Shown: positions 62,709 to 64,000 of the stretch, one piece after another
Position numbering within the stretch: position 1 is the stretch's first letter
Layout of the letters: each line of letters begins with the position of its first letter
Assembly (NCBI GenBank): GCA_035504735.1
Contig: DATJRJ010000129.1
Location: 4,771 to 68,770, forward strand
Direction of reading: 5' to 3'
Length of the DNA: 64,000 nt
From: Candidatus Binataceae bacterium
GTDB taxonomy: Bacteria; Desulfobacterota; Binatia; Binatales; Binataceae
Position numbers and translations under genes: made by a program
Notes under the pieces: model-generated
Seen by the model: the letters and a program-made list of their open reading frames with translations, nothing else
Database searches by the model: none
Told to the model about the DNA's origin: nothing

Positions 62709-64000
62709 ATGGAGAAAGCTTTGCCTGAAAAGATCAACGGAGGCGCCAATGATTTCGAGTCGTTGATGGAACAGAGCCTGCGCGCTCCCCGCACAGGCGA
62801 CGTACTGACCGGAACCGTGCTGCTGGTAACGCGCGACAACGTGATCATCGACATCAATTACAAATGCGAGGGCCAGGCGCCGCTCGCCGAATTCCTTGAC
62901 TCTGAGGGCAACCCCACGGTCAGTGAAGGCGACGAGGTCGACGTCTACTTCGAAGGTACCGAGACCGACAACGGGACGGTGATGCTCTCGCATGCCAAGG
63001 CCGAGAAGTTCAAGGTCTGGCGCGAGCTCGAACGGGCTTTTCAGAACGAGACGCCGGTGGAAGGCGTGATCCTCGGTAAGGTCAAGGGCGGGCTCAAGGT
63101 CGACATCGGAGTGCCGGCGTTTCTGCCGGGATCGCATGTCGATATCCGTCCGGCGCGTAATCTCGATCGCTACGTCGGCCAGCGCGGCCGCTTCCAGATC
63201 CTGAAGTTCAATCGCGCCCGCGCCAACGTGGTGGTCTCGCGCCGCACCGTGCTGGAGCGCGAGCGCGCCTCGCTCAAAGAGCAGACGCTGAAGGTGCTCG
63301 AAGAGGGCGTGATCCTCGAAGGCACGGTCAAGAACATCACCGACTACGGCGCCTTCATCGATCTCGGCGGACTCGACGGCTTGCTGCATATCACCGATAT
63401 GTCATGGGGCCGCCTGCAGCATCCCTCCGAGGTGCTGAAGGTCGGCGACAAGGTCAAGGTGGTGGTGCTCAAGTACGATGCCGAGCGCGAGCGGGTCTCG
63501 CTCGGGATGAAGCAGATCATGCCCGATCCATGGACCAAGGCGGCGGAAAGTTATCCGCCGGGCCTGCGAATCAAGGGCAAGATCGTGAGCGTCACCGATT
63601 ACGGCGCGTTCGTCGAGCTGGAAAAGGGCGTCGAGGGACTGGTGCACGTCTCCGAGATGAGCTGGAGCAAGCGCGCAGTCCATCCCTCGAAGGTGGTGAA
63701 CGTCGGCGACGCGGTCGAAGTCCAGGTGCTGGGCGTCGACGAAGCCAATCGCCGGATTTCACTGGGCCTCAAGCAGACCGAGCCGAATCCGTGGCAGGAG
63801 CTGGCGCAGCGCCATCCGGTCGGCAGCCAGGTTCATGGCAAGGTCAAATCGGTGACCGATTTCGGCGTGTTCGTGGAAATCGAGCCGGGTATCGACGGCC
63901 TGGTGCATATCTCCGATCTGTCGTGGACGCGCAAAATCCGTCATCCCTCGGAACTGGTCAAGAAGGGTGACGAAGTCGATGCCGTAGTGCTGGGTGTCGA
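62709..64000 (+). CDS. rpsA: 30S ribosomal protein S1 (N-terminal ~430 aa; runs off the right window edge)
   Basis: Manual translation from the ATG at 62709: MEKALPEKINGGANDFESLMEQSLRAPRTGDVLTGTVLLVTRDNVIIDINYKCEGQAPLAEF... Repeated S1 domains follow (GVILGKVKGGLKVDIG, ...ITDYGAFIDLGGLDGLLHITDMSW...). It is absent from the ORF track because no stop lies in the window. cmk-rpsA synteny supports the call. Confidence 0.9.
   Translation, partial: MEKALPEKINGGANDFESLMEQSLRAPRTGDVLTGTVLLVTRDNVIIDINYKCEGQAPLAEFLDSEGNPTVSEGDEVDVYFEGTETDNGTVMLSHAKAEKFKVWRELERAFQNETPVEGVILGKVKGGLKVDIGVPAFLPGSHVDIRPARNLDRYVGQRGRFQILKFNRARANVVVSRRTVLERERASLKEQTLKVLEEGVILEGTVKNITDYGAFIDLGGLDGLLHITDMSWGRLQHPSEVLKVGDKVKVVVLKYDAERERVSLGMKQIMPDPWTKAAESYPPGLRIKGKIVSVTDYGAFVELEKGVEGLVHVSEMSWSKRAVHPSKVVNVGDAVEVQVLGVDEANRRISLGLKQTEPNPWQELAQRHPVGSQVHGKVKSVTDFGVFVEIEPGIDGLVHISDLSWTRKIRHPSELVKKGDEVDAVVLGV

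Noticed and set aside
1-64000. Search by eye for CRISPR arrays, tRNA/rRNA genes, IS elements, integrases, phage genes, toxin-antitoxin pairs and known defence-system hallmarks
   Set aside because: None was found. There are no regularly spaced direct repeats, no T-loop (GGTTCGAATCC-like) cloverleaf candidates in spacers, and no transposase, integrase or recombinase-like ORFs. A scan by eye cannot exclude short or degenerate elements. tRNAscan-SE, Infernal and ISEScan would be the decisive checks.

Overview
GC-rich bacterial chromosomal DNA (by eye mid-60s % GC, not computed), densely coding on both strands. I saw no rRNA, tRNA, CRISPR array, transposase or integrase. Many long ORFs in the track are antisense shadow ORFs, rich in Arg/Pro/Gly/His, lying opposite clearly recognisable genes. 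Main blocks: (1) 5.07-16.45 kb holds an Alternative Complex III operon (actA-B-C-D-F, no actE) translationally coupled to a caa3-type cytochrome c oxidase (subunit II with a cytochrome c domain, a subunit I/III fusion, subunit IV, CtaG). (2) Housekeeping genes are scattered through the window: ispG, folK, dapB, gpsA, glgC, an rpsF-priB-rpsR-DUF2232-rplI operon, purF-L-Q-S-C-B plus dut, rpmB, mutL-miaA-accA, and pheA-hisC-tyrA-cmk-rpsA. (3) There are small metabolic islets: a CoA ligase-RidA-LigB trio, FAH plus PaaI thioesterase, glcDEF divergent from an AGXT-type aminotransferase, and a gentisate-dioxygenase-like bicupin plus thioesterase. (4) The stand-out accessory locus is at 34.4-37.8 kb. 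A secreted Cys-rich DUF2282-like peptide gene is followed by a DUF692 (MNIO, MbnB/TglH/BufB family) gene, divergent from an ECF sigma / zf-HC2 anti-sigma pair. This is a bufferin-type RiPP locus, but the usual DUF2063 partner and DoxX genes are absent and VOC-fold and GNAT-like genes follow instead. All family calls come from reading the translated sequences. No database search was run.
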